From positions 16,287 to 80,286 of the forward strand of contig JACIWQ010000001.1 in NCBI GenBank assembly GCA_014360895.1: DNA of 64,000 bases. Direction: 5' to 3'. The DNA is from Thermoflexales bacterium (GTDB lineage: Bacteria > Chloroflexota > Anaerolineae > B4-G1 > DUEL01). Of the stretch, positions 52,537-61,340 are shown piece by piece; position 1 is the stretch's first letter, and each line of letters begins with the position of its first letter. The position numbers were made by a program, and so were the translations under genes. The notes below the pieces were generated by a model. That model had not been told where the DNA came from, searched no databases, and saw only the letters and a program-made list of their open reading frames with translations.

Positions 52537-53493
52537 ATGCGCAGTCTGAACGAAGTGCGGAAGATGCTGGAGAAGGTCGGCATTCCCGGTCGGGATGCCT
52601 ACGACCTGCCAGATAGCCCCAAGCGCTTCCCCGACGGGGCCCACTACCGGATGGAAATCTCCGGCGTGGAGCGACCGCAAGTACTGGAAGCGCTCATTGA
52701 CGAGATGCACAAGCGGAACGTCCCCATCCACCGGCTCATCTCCACCGTGATGGGCTCCACGCTGCTGGACGATGCCGAACTGCGAGACTTCGCCCAGATG
52801 GCGGCGGAGGCGAAACTGGAAGTCATCATCACCCCCGGCCCCCGCTCCGGCTGGGACGTGGGACGGCAACTGGCGACGCCGGAAGGCGCCCTCTCCGGCC
52901 TCCGCTACCGGGGCTCCGACCAACTCTCCTACGTCATCGCCGAGATGCTCCGCTGCATTGACATCGGCTTCCGGGGCTTCCTCTGCATTGACGAGGGGCT
53001 GCTCTGGCTGGTCAACCAGTTGAAGAAGACAGGGGACATTCCCGAAGACGTGGTCTTCAAGGTCAGCATCTTCGCCGGACACGCGTCGGCGGCGAGCGGA
53101 AAGGTGCTCCAGATGCTGGGCGCCTCCACCTTCAACCCCCTGGGCGACCTCTCCCTCCCGCAACTGGCCTCTATCCGCCAGGCGGTGGACATTCCGCTGG
53201 ACCTGCACATCTACCTCTCCGACTCCTTCGGCGGTTTCAACCGCTTCTACGAGGGGGCGGAGATGGCGCGGGTCTGCGCACCCTGTTACTTCAAGATTGA
53301 GCCGGGGCCCGCGCTGGCCGCCGGGGCCGGCGCGATGTACCGCCCCTGGACCAGCCCGGACTTTCTGGCCTGGCAGGCTCGGGAGAAGGTGAAGTACGCC
53401 CAGATTATCCACGAACTGATCCAGGCCACCTACCCCCACCTGAAACTCTCCGACCAGGGCCCGGCCGACCTGGCGATTCCGAAGCCACGGTAA
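52537..53493 (+). CDS. Hypothetical protein (318 aa), no family recognised
   Basis: Clean ORF with RBS and even codon usage, but no motifs I can place. Confidence 0.4.
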   Translation: MRSLNEVRKMLEKVGIPGRDAYDLPDSPKRFPDGAHYRMEISGVERPQVLEALIDEMHKRNVPIHRLISTVMGSTLLDDAELRDFAQMAAEAKLEVIITPGPRSGWDVGRQLATPEGALSGLRYRGSDQLSYVIAEMLRCIDIGFRGFLCIDEGLLWLVNQLKKTGDIPEDVVFKVSIFAGHASAASGKVLQMLGASTFNPLGDLSLPQLASIRQAVDIPLDLHIYLSDSFGGFNRFYEGAEMARVCAPCYFKIEPGPALAAGAGAMYRPWTSPDFLAWQAREKVKYAQIIHELIQATYPHLKLSDQGPADLAIPKPR

Positions 53494-53517
53494 TCCCGTT
53501 GGGAGAAGGAGGGAAGA

Positions 53518-53760
53518 ATGGACATTTTGACGGTAGAGGACTGGCTTCAGGCTATGGAGCGAAAACTCCAGGAGCAAGAGCATCGCCTTCGGGAAATGGA
53601 AGTCCGAATGCGGGAACTGGAGGAGCGGGTCCAGGCACTGGACGCCGAAGTGCGCCGGTACCGGCAGCGAATGGCGATGCTGGAGAGAATCCTAATAGAA
53701 AAAGGCCTGATGCGGCCGGACTTCTCCGGCTATGACCGCTGGTTGACCCCTCTTCACTAA
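53518..53760 (+). CDS. Small coiled-coil protein (80 aa)
   Basis: Heptad-rich sequence QEQEHRLREMEVRMRELEERVQALDAEVRRYRQRMAMLERI with an AGGAGGGAAG RBS. Confidence 0.45.
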   Translation: MDILTVEDWLQAMERKLQEQEHRLREMEVRMRELEERVQALDAEVRRYRQRMAMLERILIEKGLMRPDFSGYDRWLTPLH

Positions 53761-53787
53761 CGACTCTGATCCCAGGAGAAAAACCCG

Positions 53788-54654
53788 ATGGACCTGACCG
53801 AACCCCTGGTAGAATTGATCCGCCGGGCTTCCACCGACCTGCCCGCCGACGTAGAGGCCGCCCTGCGGGCCGCCCGCGATCGGGAGGAGGCCGGTTCGGC
53901 CGCCGCCAGCACGCTGACGGCCATCCTGGAGAACGTCGCCCTGGCCCGTGCCCGATCCCAGCCCATCTGCCAGGATACGGGCACCCCCATCTTTCACATC
54001 CGCTACCCCGCCGGGATGAGCGCCGGAAAACTGCGCGCGCAGGCCGAAGCGGCCGTGGCCGAGGCCACCCGCCGGGCCTACCTGCGCCCCAACGCCGTAG
54101 ACTCCATCACCGGGCGGAATAGCGGCAACAACTTGGGCATCGGCTTCCCCGTCTTCCATATGGAAGAGGTGGAGGACGAAATCCTGGAAGTCGCCCTGCT
54201 CCTCAAAGGAGGGGGCAGCGAGAACGTCAGCACCCAGTATAGCCTCCCCTACGAGCCCCTGAAGGCGGGCCGGGACCTGGAGGGGGTCCGGCGGGTCGTG
54301 CTGGACGCGGTCCACCGGGCCCAGGGTGAGGGGTGTGCCCCAGGCGTCCTGGGCATCTGCATCGGGGGCGACCGGGGGACAGCCTACACCCACGCCAAGA
54401 TGCAACTCCTCCGCCCGCTGGATGACGTCAACCCGGTGCCGGAACTGGCCGCGCTGGAGGAGCGATTGCTGCGGGAGTGCAATGAACTGGGGGTGGGCCC
54501 CATGGGCTTCGGTGGGAGGACCACCGTTTTCGGCGTCAAAATCGGCGCGGCGCACCGGTTGCCCGCTTCCTTCTTCGTCACCATCGCCTATATGTGCTGG
54601 GCGTGCCGTCGGGCGCGGATGGAAGTGAAGGACGGAACTGTGGTGTACTCCTGA
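53788..54654 (+). CDS. Class I (Fe-S) fumarate hydratase / L(+)-tartrate dehydratase alpha subunit
   Basis: CQDTG motif; ~288-aa alpha subunit typical of two-subunit enzymes. Confidence 0.85.
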   Translation: MDLTEPLVELIRRASTDLPADVEAALRAARDREEAGSAAASTLTAILENVALARARSQPICQDTGTPIFHIRYPAGMSAGKLRAQAEAAVAEATRRAYLRPNAVDSITGRNSGNNLGIGFPVFHMEEVEDEILEVALLLKGGGSENVSTQYSLPYEPLKAGRDLEGVRRVVLDAVHRAQGEGCAPGVLGICIGGDRGTAYTHAKMQLLRPLDDVNPVPELAALEERLLRECNELGVGPMGFGGRTTVFGVKIGAAHRLPASFFVTIAYMCWACRRARMEVKDGTVVYS

Positions 54655-54677
54655 TCCCGGCCAGGGAGGAAAAGGAC

Positions 54678-55310
54678 ATGGCAACCGTTTACCTGACCGT
54701 CCCTATCTCTGAAGAAGCTGTCCGTTCCCTCCAGGTGGGGGATACGGTCTACCTTTCCGGCGTCATCGTCACCGGACGGGACGCCGCCCACAAGTACATG
54801 GTGGAGACGTTCATCCGCTCCGCCGCCGTGCCGGAGAGCGAGCGGGCCCTCTACGAGGAGTTGCGCCGATTGCTGGCGGGCAGCGCCATCTACCACTGCG
54901 GGCCGGTGGTCCGCCAGCGGGAGGACGGGCGCTGGGAGTTTGTCGCGGCCGGTCCCACCACCTCTATCCGGGAAGAGCCCTACCAGGCCGACGTCATCGC
55001 CCACTTCGGCCTGCGGGGAGTCATCGGCAAAGGAGGAATGGGAGCCCGGACCTTGCGGGCTTGCCAGGAATACGGCGCGGTCTACCTCCACGCGGTGGGC
55101 GGGGCTGCCACCCTCATCGCCGACGCCGTCAAAGAGGTCCTGACCGTCTACAAAAAGGACGAGTTCGGGGTACCGGAGGCCTTCTGGGTGATCCGGGTGG
55201 AGAACCTCCCTCTGGTGGTAACGATGGATAGCCACGGGCGCTCCATCCACGAGGAAGTGCGGGCGGTCTCCGAGGAGCGCCTCCAGGGGTTGTTGGGGAT
55301 TCCGGCATAA
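54678..55310 (+). CDS. Class I fumarate hydratase / tartrate dehydratase beta subunit
   Basis: Start at MATVYL with a GGGAGGAAAAGG RBS. Beta-subunit swivel-domain similarity. Confidence 0.85.
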   Translation: MATVYLTVPISEEAVRSLQVGDTVYLSGVIVTGRDAAHKYMVETFIRSAAVPESERALYEELRRLLAGSAIYHCGPVVRQREDGRWEFVAAGPTTSIREEPYQADVIAHFGLRGVIGKGGMGARTLRACQEYGAVYLHAVGGAATLIADAVKEVLTVYKKDEFGVPEAFWVIRVENLPLVVTMDSHGRSIHEEVRAVSEERLQGLLGIPA

Positions 55311-55320
55311 AAGCAGACGG

Positions 55321-55345
55321 GCCGGGAACTTTTTCAGTTCCCGGC
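55321..55345. terminator. Bidirectional hairpin terminator (GCCGGGAACT-ttttc-AGTTCCCGGC) between fumB and tRNA-Pro
   Basis: Perfect 10-bp stem. U-rich flank on the minus-strand side. Confidence 0.6.
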
Positions 55346-55359
55346 CCGTCTGTCGTCTC

Positions 55360-55437
55360 TGGTCGGGGCGGACGGATTTGAACCGTCGGCCTCTACAACC
55401 CCATTGTAGCGCGCTAGCCAAACTGCGCCACGCCCCG
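55360..55437 (-). tRNA. tRNA-Pro (anticodon GGG)
   Basis: Manual fold: acceptor CGGGGCG/CGCCCCG, D-stem GCGC, anticodon stem CUACA/UGUAG with loop AUGGGGU, T-arm GACGG-UUCAAAU-CCGUC, discriminator A, encoded CCA. Confidence 0.8.
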
Positions 55438-55535
55438 CCTGCTTGTATTATAGCAGGTCCGCCGATTTTGGCAAGTACGAAGCGCCAACACGAGCAAGAA
55501 GACAACCCGTTGGCCACTATCGGAGGACACCGACA

Positions 55536-56297
55536 ATGAACCTGTCCGGCAAAGTCGCTCTGGTCACCGGAGGAGCGGTGCGGGTGGGGCGCGCCATCGC
55601 CCTGGGGCTGGCCTCCGCCGGCGCCCATCTGGCCGTCCACTACCACCGCTCCGCCGACGCGGCCCAGGAGACTGTCGCCGAGGCCCGCCGGCGGGGCGTG
55701 AAAGCCATCGCCCTCCAGGCCGACCTGGCAGGCCCGGAAGAGGCCCGGGCACTGGCCCGTGCAGCGGAGGCCCACTTCGGCCGCGTGGACATCGTCGTCC
55801 ACGGCGCCTCCCCCTTTGTGCGGGCCTCTCTCTCCGGAACGACCCCCGAAATCTGGCGTCAGGTTCTGGGAGTACTGGTGGACGGGTTTTTCATCCTGGC
55901 CCGTGAACTGACGCCGGGGATGGTCGCGCGCGGGGAGGGGAACATCGTGGTGATTCTGGACCGGGGGACCTTTGACCCCTGGCCGGACTTTCTGGCCCAC
56001 AGCGTGGGCAAAAGCGCGCTCTGGGCACTGGCCCGGAATCTGGCGGTGGAACTGGCCCCCCATGTCCGGGTGAACGGAGTGGTGCCCGGGCCCGTCCTCC
56101 CGCCACCGGACTACCCGGAGGAGGACCGGGCCCGGATTGCCCGGGGAACCCTGCTGGGGCGCTGGGGCGACCCGCAGGATGTGGTGGAGGCCGTCCTCTT
56201 CCTCCTCCGCTCGGACTACATCACCGGAGAAGTTCTCTTTGTGGACGGAGGTGAACGCTGGGCCCATCGCCGTCCGGTCGGTTCCCGCCTGGAATGA
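55536..56297 (+). CDS. SDR-family oxidoreductase (pteridine-reductase-like)
   Basis: Start at MNLSGKVALVTGGAVRVGRAIA (TGxxxRxG cofactor motif). YHRSA resembles the FolM/PTR1 subgroup. Confidence 0.8.
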   Translation: MNLSGKVALVTGGAVRVGRAIALGLASAGAHLAVHYHRSADAAQETVAEARRRGVKAIALQADLAGPEEARALARAAEAHFGRVDIVVHGASPFVRASLSGTTPEIWRQVLGVLVDGFFILARELTPGMVARGEGNIVVILDRGTFDPWPDFLAHSVGKSALWALARNLAVELAPHVRVNGVVPGPVLPPPDYPEEDRARIARGTLLGRWGDPQDVVEAVLFLLRSDYITGEVLFVDGGERWAHRRPVGSRLE

Positions 56298-56392
56298 ATT
56301 GCAAATCTCCGGCATGATGATATAATAACGCTATCTGGCCGCCCTCTTGATCATAGAAACCATTTCCACCCCAATATACACGGAGGTTCAAA

Positions 56393-56659
56393 ATGGCATA
56401 CGTCATCACCAGTCTGTGCAAGCGGGCCGGGGCCTGCGTGGACGTCTGCCCGACCGACTCCATCCACTTCGTGGACGGTGACCCCAACTGGCCCACCTAC
56501 TACATTAACCCCGAGACCTGCATTGAGTGCGGGGCCTGCGCCGCGGAGTGCCCCAACGAGGCCATCTTCCACGAGGATGAGGTGCCCGACGCCTATAAGG
56601 CCGATATCCAGAAGAACGCCGATTACTTCAAGGTCGGCCCGGGGAAAGACCAGGTGTAG
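56393..56659 (+). CDS. Ferredoxin (FdxA-like, 7Fe type)
   Basis: CKRAGACVDVCP and CIECGACAAECP cluster motifs. Confidence 0.85.
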   Translation: MAYVITSLCKRAGACVDVCPTDSIHFVDGDPNWPTYYINPETCIECGACAAECPNEAIFHEDEVPDAYKADIQKNADYFKVGPGKDQV

Positions 56660-56674
56660 CCTGATCCCTCAACG

Positions 56675-56711
56675 AAAAGGCCGCCCCCGTGGGGCGGCCT
56701 TTTTGTTTGCC
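56675..56711. terminator. Rho-independent terminator AAAAGGCCGCCCC-cgtg-GGGGCGGCCTTTTT (bidirectional, between convergent genes)
   Basis: GC-rich 11-bp stem flanked by an A-tract and a T-tract. Confidence 0.8.
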
Positions 56712-56741
56712 CAAAGGGATGGGCAAAGAAGCCGCTGCCTA

Positions 56742-58697
56742 TCACTCCTCCTTCAGCCAGTCCGCCAGTTCCTCCGGCGTCCCCGCTTCTACGGGGACGT
56801 AAATGATGCCCGGATAGTACCGTTCAAAGAAGGCCCGCAGGTCCCCGCCCCAACCTGCCGGATTGACCGCCATCACCCGCCGGAAATCCAGGTCGCCGAT
56901 GCCGGCGTCATCGGCGCTGCCCCCCACCGTGTACCGGTGGCGGTCCCACGTCGCCGCCACCACCGCCCGGGCCCAGGCCCAGTCGGCCAGCGGGGGCAGA
57001 AGGACGTAGGTCCGGCCGTACTGGACTCGAGGCAATCCACCGGATGGGGGCGGCCCTCCCGGCGTGCCAGGGGACGGCGGCAGGGCCTGCAGAACCTCCA
57101 CCAGTTCCTCCGGCGTCCCCGCCTCTACCGGGATGTAGGCCACCCCCGGATAGTACTGCTCAAAAAATGCCCGCAGGTCGCCGGGCCAGCCCCCCGGATT
57201 GACGGCGACCACCCGCCGGACCGACAGGTCGCCGATGCCGGCGTCGTCGGCGCTGCCGCCCACGGTGAAGCGGCGAGTGTCCCATGTGGCCTCCACTACC
57301 GCCTCCGCCCAGGCCCGGTCGGCCTGTGGGGGCAGCAGGACGTAAGTACGCTCATACGGCACCCGGGGCGAACCTCGCACCGGCTCCAGATACCGCCGGG
57401 CGTTCAGGTAGTCGCTGTTGGGCCGCAGTTTCAGCCCCCCGATTCTCATCCCCAGGTGCAGATGCGGGCCGGTCGCATAACCGGTCCGCCCCGCCAGACC
57501 GATCACTTCTCCGGCCGAAACGGTGGCGCCGTGCGGCACCAGAATCTCCCGCAGATGACAGTAGAACAGGACGACCTGTCCCACTCCGGGCACATGGCTG
57601 GTGACCCGGACGTAGTTCCCGTAGGCCTCCGCCGACGCGCATTCGGCCTGTCCCCGCAGGCAGGCCAGGACGGGAGAGCCCTCCGCTGCCTGCAGGTCCA
57701 CTCCCTCATGTCCGCCATGCAGCCAGTACTTCTGGGCGACGGGGTCCCAGGAGGCCTCGTAGTATATCTGTTGACGGTCGCCGTAGGCCTGGGTGTAGGC
57801 CCGGGTGACCGTCGGCCAGACCAGCCGCAGTGCGGCCGGATGGGGCATCCGCCTGCGGCTGCCCACTGCGTCCGGAATGGCCGTCGGGGTGCCGTCGGGG
57901 CGAAGCCAGGTCAGCCCGGCCCATCCAGGGTCTGGAGAGCGCAGGAGAAAACTGTAAGCCCCCTCTATCCGGTCGTACTGGGTACAGAAAAAGTAGAAAT
58001 CGGCGTACTGGGCGCCCTTCTCGGCGTCCGATTGGGCCGGGTTGATGTTGGCGAATTGGGAGAGGACGACCGGTTTGGGGCGAACCTCGGGCCGTTCCAA
58101 GTAGAGGCGCAGGAAGCGCAGGGCGCCGTTGTAGTTCTCCATTTCCGCCCGAGTCGCCCAGTAGACATGGCAGCAGACAAAGTCGGCGGCGGTCAGCGCG
58201 TCCCGGCAGTCGTTCAGGAACACCTCATCGGGGACGACGGGAGCCAGGCCGGGCAAAGAGGGGCCCGCCGGGGCCAGGCCGGGGAAGCCCACCCGCAGGG
58301 GGGGCCCGAAACGGCGGCGCAACTCCTCCGCCACAGCGACGAACCATGCGGAAAAGGCGGCGGGCGAATCCCAGGAGACGCCGTAACCGCGTTGAGCCGT
58401 GTTGGGCTCCCCGTGGATTTCAAAATCGGTGACGCCTTCGCGGAGGAACGCGGCTACCAGAGGAGCGAAGTCCTCCACGAACCTATCCGGCGGGGTCGGC
58501 TCCGTGCCGGGCCGGGGGCTCAGCAGTTGGACCAGGAAGCGCTGAATCCCCAGCCCCCGGTAGGCCCCCAGGTCGGACACCGGGTTGACTCCTGCCCGCA
58601 ACCGTACCGCTTCCACGGCGGCCTGCTGAAGGACTGCCAGGTCTGCCGGGCGAACCGGGCCTTCTCCGGCCGTCACTCCTGCTTTGGCGAAACTCAT
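56742..58697 (-). CDS. Multidomain cell-wall hydrolase: GH-like TIM-barrel N-domain, M23 (LytM) peptidase domain, and two tandem ~105-aa C-terminal repeats
   Basis: FEIHGEPN (NEP-like) motif. M23 motifs HGGHEGVDL...HLHLG. Nucleotide-level ~315-bp tandem duplication at 56742-57400. Confidence 0.7.
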   Translation of the reverse strand: MSFAKAGVTAGEGPVRPADLAVLQQAAVEAVRLRAGVNPVSDLGAYRGLGIQRFLVQLLSPRPGTEPTPPDRFVEDFAPLVAAFLREGVTDFEIHGEPNTAQRGYGVSWDSPAAFSAWFVAVAEELRRRFGPPLRVGFPGLAPAGPSLPGLAPVVPDEVFLNDCRDALTAADFVCCHVYWATRAEMENYNGALRFLRLYLERPEVRPKPVVLSQFANINPAQSDAEKGAQYADFYFFCTQYDRIEGAYSFLLRSPDPGWAGLTWLRPDGTPTAIPDAVGSRRRMPHPAALRLVWPTVTRAYTQAYGDRQQIYYEASWDPVAQKYWLHGGHEGVDLQAAEGSPVLACLRGQAECASAEAYGNYVRVTSHVPGVGQVVLFYCHLREILVPHGATVSAGEVIGLAGRTGYATGPHLHLGMRIGGLKLRPNSDYLNARRYLEPVRGSPRVPYERTYVLLPPQADRAWAEAVVEATWDTRRFTVGGSADDAGIGDLSVRRVVAVNPGGWPGDLRAFFEQYYPGVAYIPVEAGTPEELVEVLQALPPSPGTPGGPPPSGGLPRVQYGRTYVLLPPLADWAWARAVVAATWDRHRYTVGGSADDAGIGDLDFRRVMAVNPAGWGGDLRAFFERYYPGIIYVPVEAGTPEELADWLKEE

Positions 58698-58769
58698 GGT
58701 CGGCCTCCCCTGAGGACACGGAGAAGAGGTTTTGGGGCGGCGGCCCTCGGCCGTCGCCCCTACCCTCCG

Positions 58770-60497
58770 TCAGGCAAAAAGGGATACGAAGGCAAACTGC
58801 TCCACGTCCACCAGTCCCTGATCCGTCAACTTCAGCGCCGGGATGACTTCCAGGGGCAGGAAACTCAGCGTCATCAACGGGTCTGGCAGAGCCGTCCCCA
58901 GCGATCGCGCCGCCTGGGTCAGATTGTCCATCTGAAGACGGACCGTCTCTACGGGCTGGTCCGACATCAGGCCGGCGACGGGCAATGGCACGGTGGCCAG
59001 TATCTGCTCCTCCACCGCGACGGCCAGGCCGCCGCCCATCCGGGCCACCGCGCGCGCGGCGGTCATCATAGAGACGTCGTCGCAACCGGCGACAATGAGG
59101 TTATGGGCATCGTGCCCCACGCTCCCCGCCAGGGCCCCCCGACGAAGCCCCAACCCCTGCACAAAACCGAGCCCCACGTTGCCGGTCCCCCGGTGCCGCT
59201 CTATGACGGCCAGTGTCAGGATGTCCCGCTCCGGATCGGCTATGACCTCCCCGTCCCGCACGGGGAGTTCCTCCACCCGGTGCTCCGTCAGGACCTGGTC
59301 GGGGATGACGCCGATGATCCGTACCCGAACGCTCCGGGCGCCTGCGTCCGGTGCCCCGATCCGCAGGGAGACCCGGTCCCAGTCCACCCGCACCGTCTCC
59401 CGCACCGGCGAATCGTCCGCCAGCGGTTCGTCCCATCGGCCCACCGGCTCTCCGGCCTGGGCCACCAGATGACCGGCGGAAAAGACCATCTCCGGGCGGA
59501 ATTTTTTCAGGTCCGAGAAGACCACCAGGTCGGCCCGCAGGCCCGGGGCGATAGCTCCCCGGTCACGCAGGCGGAACCACTCGGCCGCGTTCAGGGCGGC
59601 CATCTGGATGGCCGTCACCGGGTCCAGCCCTTCAGCGACCGCCATCCGGATGAGGTGGTCCAGATGCCCCTCATCCAGCAGGTCGGCCGGATGGCGATCG
59701 TCGGTGCAGAAGGCGCATCGGCGGCTGTTTTGGGGGGTGATGGCCGGTATCAGGGCCCGCAGGTTTTTTGCCGCCGTGGATTCCCGGATAAAGACCCGCA
59801 TGCCCAGGCGGAGTTTCTCCAGCATCTCAGCGGCGGTGGTGCACTCGTGGTCCGAACCGGGACCGGCGCCCACGTATGCCTGAAGCCATTTCCCGCTGAT
59901 CCCCGGGGCGTGGCCATCTATCACCTGTCCCCGAAACGACTCCACTTTTGCCAGCACGTCGGGGAAACCCAGGACCAGGCCAGGGACATTCATTAATTCG
60001 GCCAACCCCAGAACGCGAGGGAGATTCGCCAATGGCTGGAGGTCGGCCGCGCTCAACTCGGCGCCAGCGGTCCCCATTGTGGTGGCCGGTACGCAGGAGG
60101 GAAGGTTCACGTAGACGGTTAACGGCAGACCCTCCGAGGCCTCCAGCATATAGCGAATCCCGGCCGTCCCGGCCACGTTGGCAATTTCGTGAGGGTCGCA
60201 GACAACCGTCGTCGTCCCCCGAGGCACGACAGCACGGGCGAACTGATACGGGGTCACCATAGAGGACTCTATGTGGACATGGGCATCTATCAGGCCGGGG
60301 CAGACGTAGCGACCTCCCAGGTCTATTTCCTGGCGGCTCTCATATCCACTCCCGATGCCGACGATATGACCATCGGCAATCGCGACATCGGCCTCCATAA
60401 TTTCGGCCGTGTACACATTGATGACCCGTCCGTTTCGGAGCACCAGTTCGGCTGGCTCGTCACCCCGCGCGATAGGGAGAAATCGGGTCAGTTCCAT
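58770..60497 (-). CDS. ade: Adenine deaminase
   Basis: Start at MELTRF with a GAGGAGG RBS. Amidohydrolase HxH (GLIDAHVHIESS) and adenine-deaminase C-terminal domain. Confidence 0.85.
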   Translation of the reverse strand: MELTRFLPIARGDEPAELVLRNGRVINVYTAEIMEADVAIADGHIVGIGSGYESRQEIDLGGRYVCPGLIDAHVHIESSMVTPYQFARAVVPRGTTTVVCDPHEIANVAGTAGIRYMLEASEGLPLTVYVNLPSCVPATTMGTAGAELSAADLQPLANLPRVLGLAELMNVPGLVLGFPDVLAKVESFRGQVIDGHAPGISGKWLQAYVGAGPGSDHECTTAAEMLEKLRLGMRVFIRESTAAKNLRALIPAITPQNSRRCAFCTDDRHPADLLDEGHLDHLIRMAVAEGLDPVTAIQMAALNAAEWFRLRDRGAIAPGLRADLVVFSDLKKFRPEMVFSAGHLVAQAGEPVGRWDEPLADDSPVRETVRVDWDRVSLRIGAPDAGARSVRVRIIGVIPDQVLTEHRVEELPVRDGEVIADPERDILTLAVIERHRGTGNVGLGFVQGLGLRRGALAGSVGHDAHNLIVAGCDDVSMMTAARAVARMGGGLAVAVEEQILATVPLPVAGLMSDQPVETVRLQMDNLTQAARSLGTALPDPLMTLSFLPLEVIPALKLTDQGLVDVEQFAFVSLFA

Positions 60498-60641
60498 CGG
60501 ATACCTCCTCGGATTTGTGCCTGAAATTCTGCCTGCCGAAAGACACAACTCCTCCCCTCCGTCCACACCCCCTATTCCTGCCATGTCGGCCGGTTTCTCC
60601 TCCCATATATGACCTCTTCCCCGCTCCATGCCCCGTTTCGG

Positions 60642-60900
60642 ATGTGGATAAACCGCCGATTTCTGTGGATAACTCCAGCTACCTGTGGATAACCCCTTTG
60701 GACGTGGCGACTCTTTTCAAAGAACTCGCCCTCCCCCGATGGTCTCTCTTCCGGGTCCTTTCACTGTTTTCCCACGTCTATCCCCGTCCTCCGAAAACAG
60801 TATCTGCTTTCCCATCCCCCACTAATACACCCTGTCAGTCCCCGCTACACAAGGATTGGGACTCTTTCACCCCACTCGTCCGGTTATCCACAAATCCACA
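60642..60900. promoter_or_regulatory. Cluster of DnaA boxes: 4 perfect TTATCCACA and 1 AAATCCACA
   Basis: TGTGGATAA at 60642, 60663 and 60683, phased 21 and 20 bp apart in the same orientation. TTATCCACA at 60884 is inverted. AAATCCACA at 60892. A lower-GC stretch lies at 60900-60960. Confidence 0.6.
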
Positions 60901-61028
60901 GGCGCTATGATGACTACGGACAAAAGGGCAGAAAAGTACTATAGGTTGATCATTGCGAATACCCCATGCGTTGAGCGCACTCGGACAAATCAGAAACTCT
61001 GGTGATCGTTGCGCGGGCGCGAAGCGCC

Positions 61029-61303
61029 CGAAGCAATCTTTAGAAGCGATGGGAGATTGCTTCGCCCTTCGGGCTCGCAATGACGGTTGGGAGGTCATTG
61101 CGAGTTTGGTTGGCCGAACGACGGAGATGGGTGGTTCACGCTTCGGGCTCGCAATGACGGTTGGGAGGTCATTGCGAGGGGCGATAGCCCCGAAAGCCTG
61201 CCACGAGCAGAGCGTGGTGGCAATCCCCATATAGTGGTGGGGGGATTGCTTTGCCCTTCGGGCTCGCGATGACCTTTCGCCGTCTGCAGCGGCTCGCAAT
61301 GAC
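61029..61303. repeat. Array of REP-like hairpins (CGAAGCAATC/GATTGCTTCG; CTCGCAATGAC-ggttgggag-GTCATTGCGAG x2; further CTCGCRATGAC copies)
   Basis: Same family as 31630-31835 and 33911-33995. Track ORFs 60835..61542 and 60953..61234 are translations of these repeats. Confidence 0.85.
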
Positions 61304-61340
61304 CTCTGGCGAAACAAGGGAGAGAACAGGAGATGCTCTC

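Noticed and set aside
58698-58769. GC-rich imperfect hairpin (GGGCGGCGGCC/GGCCGTCGCCC) between ade and the M23 hydrolase as a terminator
   Set aside because: On the transcribed (minus) strand it is followed by an A-rich rather than U-rich tract. One arm mismatch. Weak evidence for intrinsic termination.
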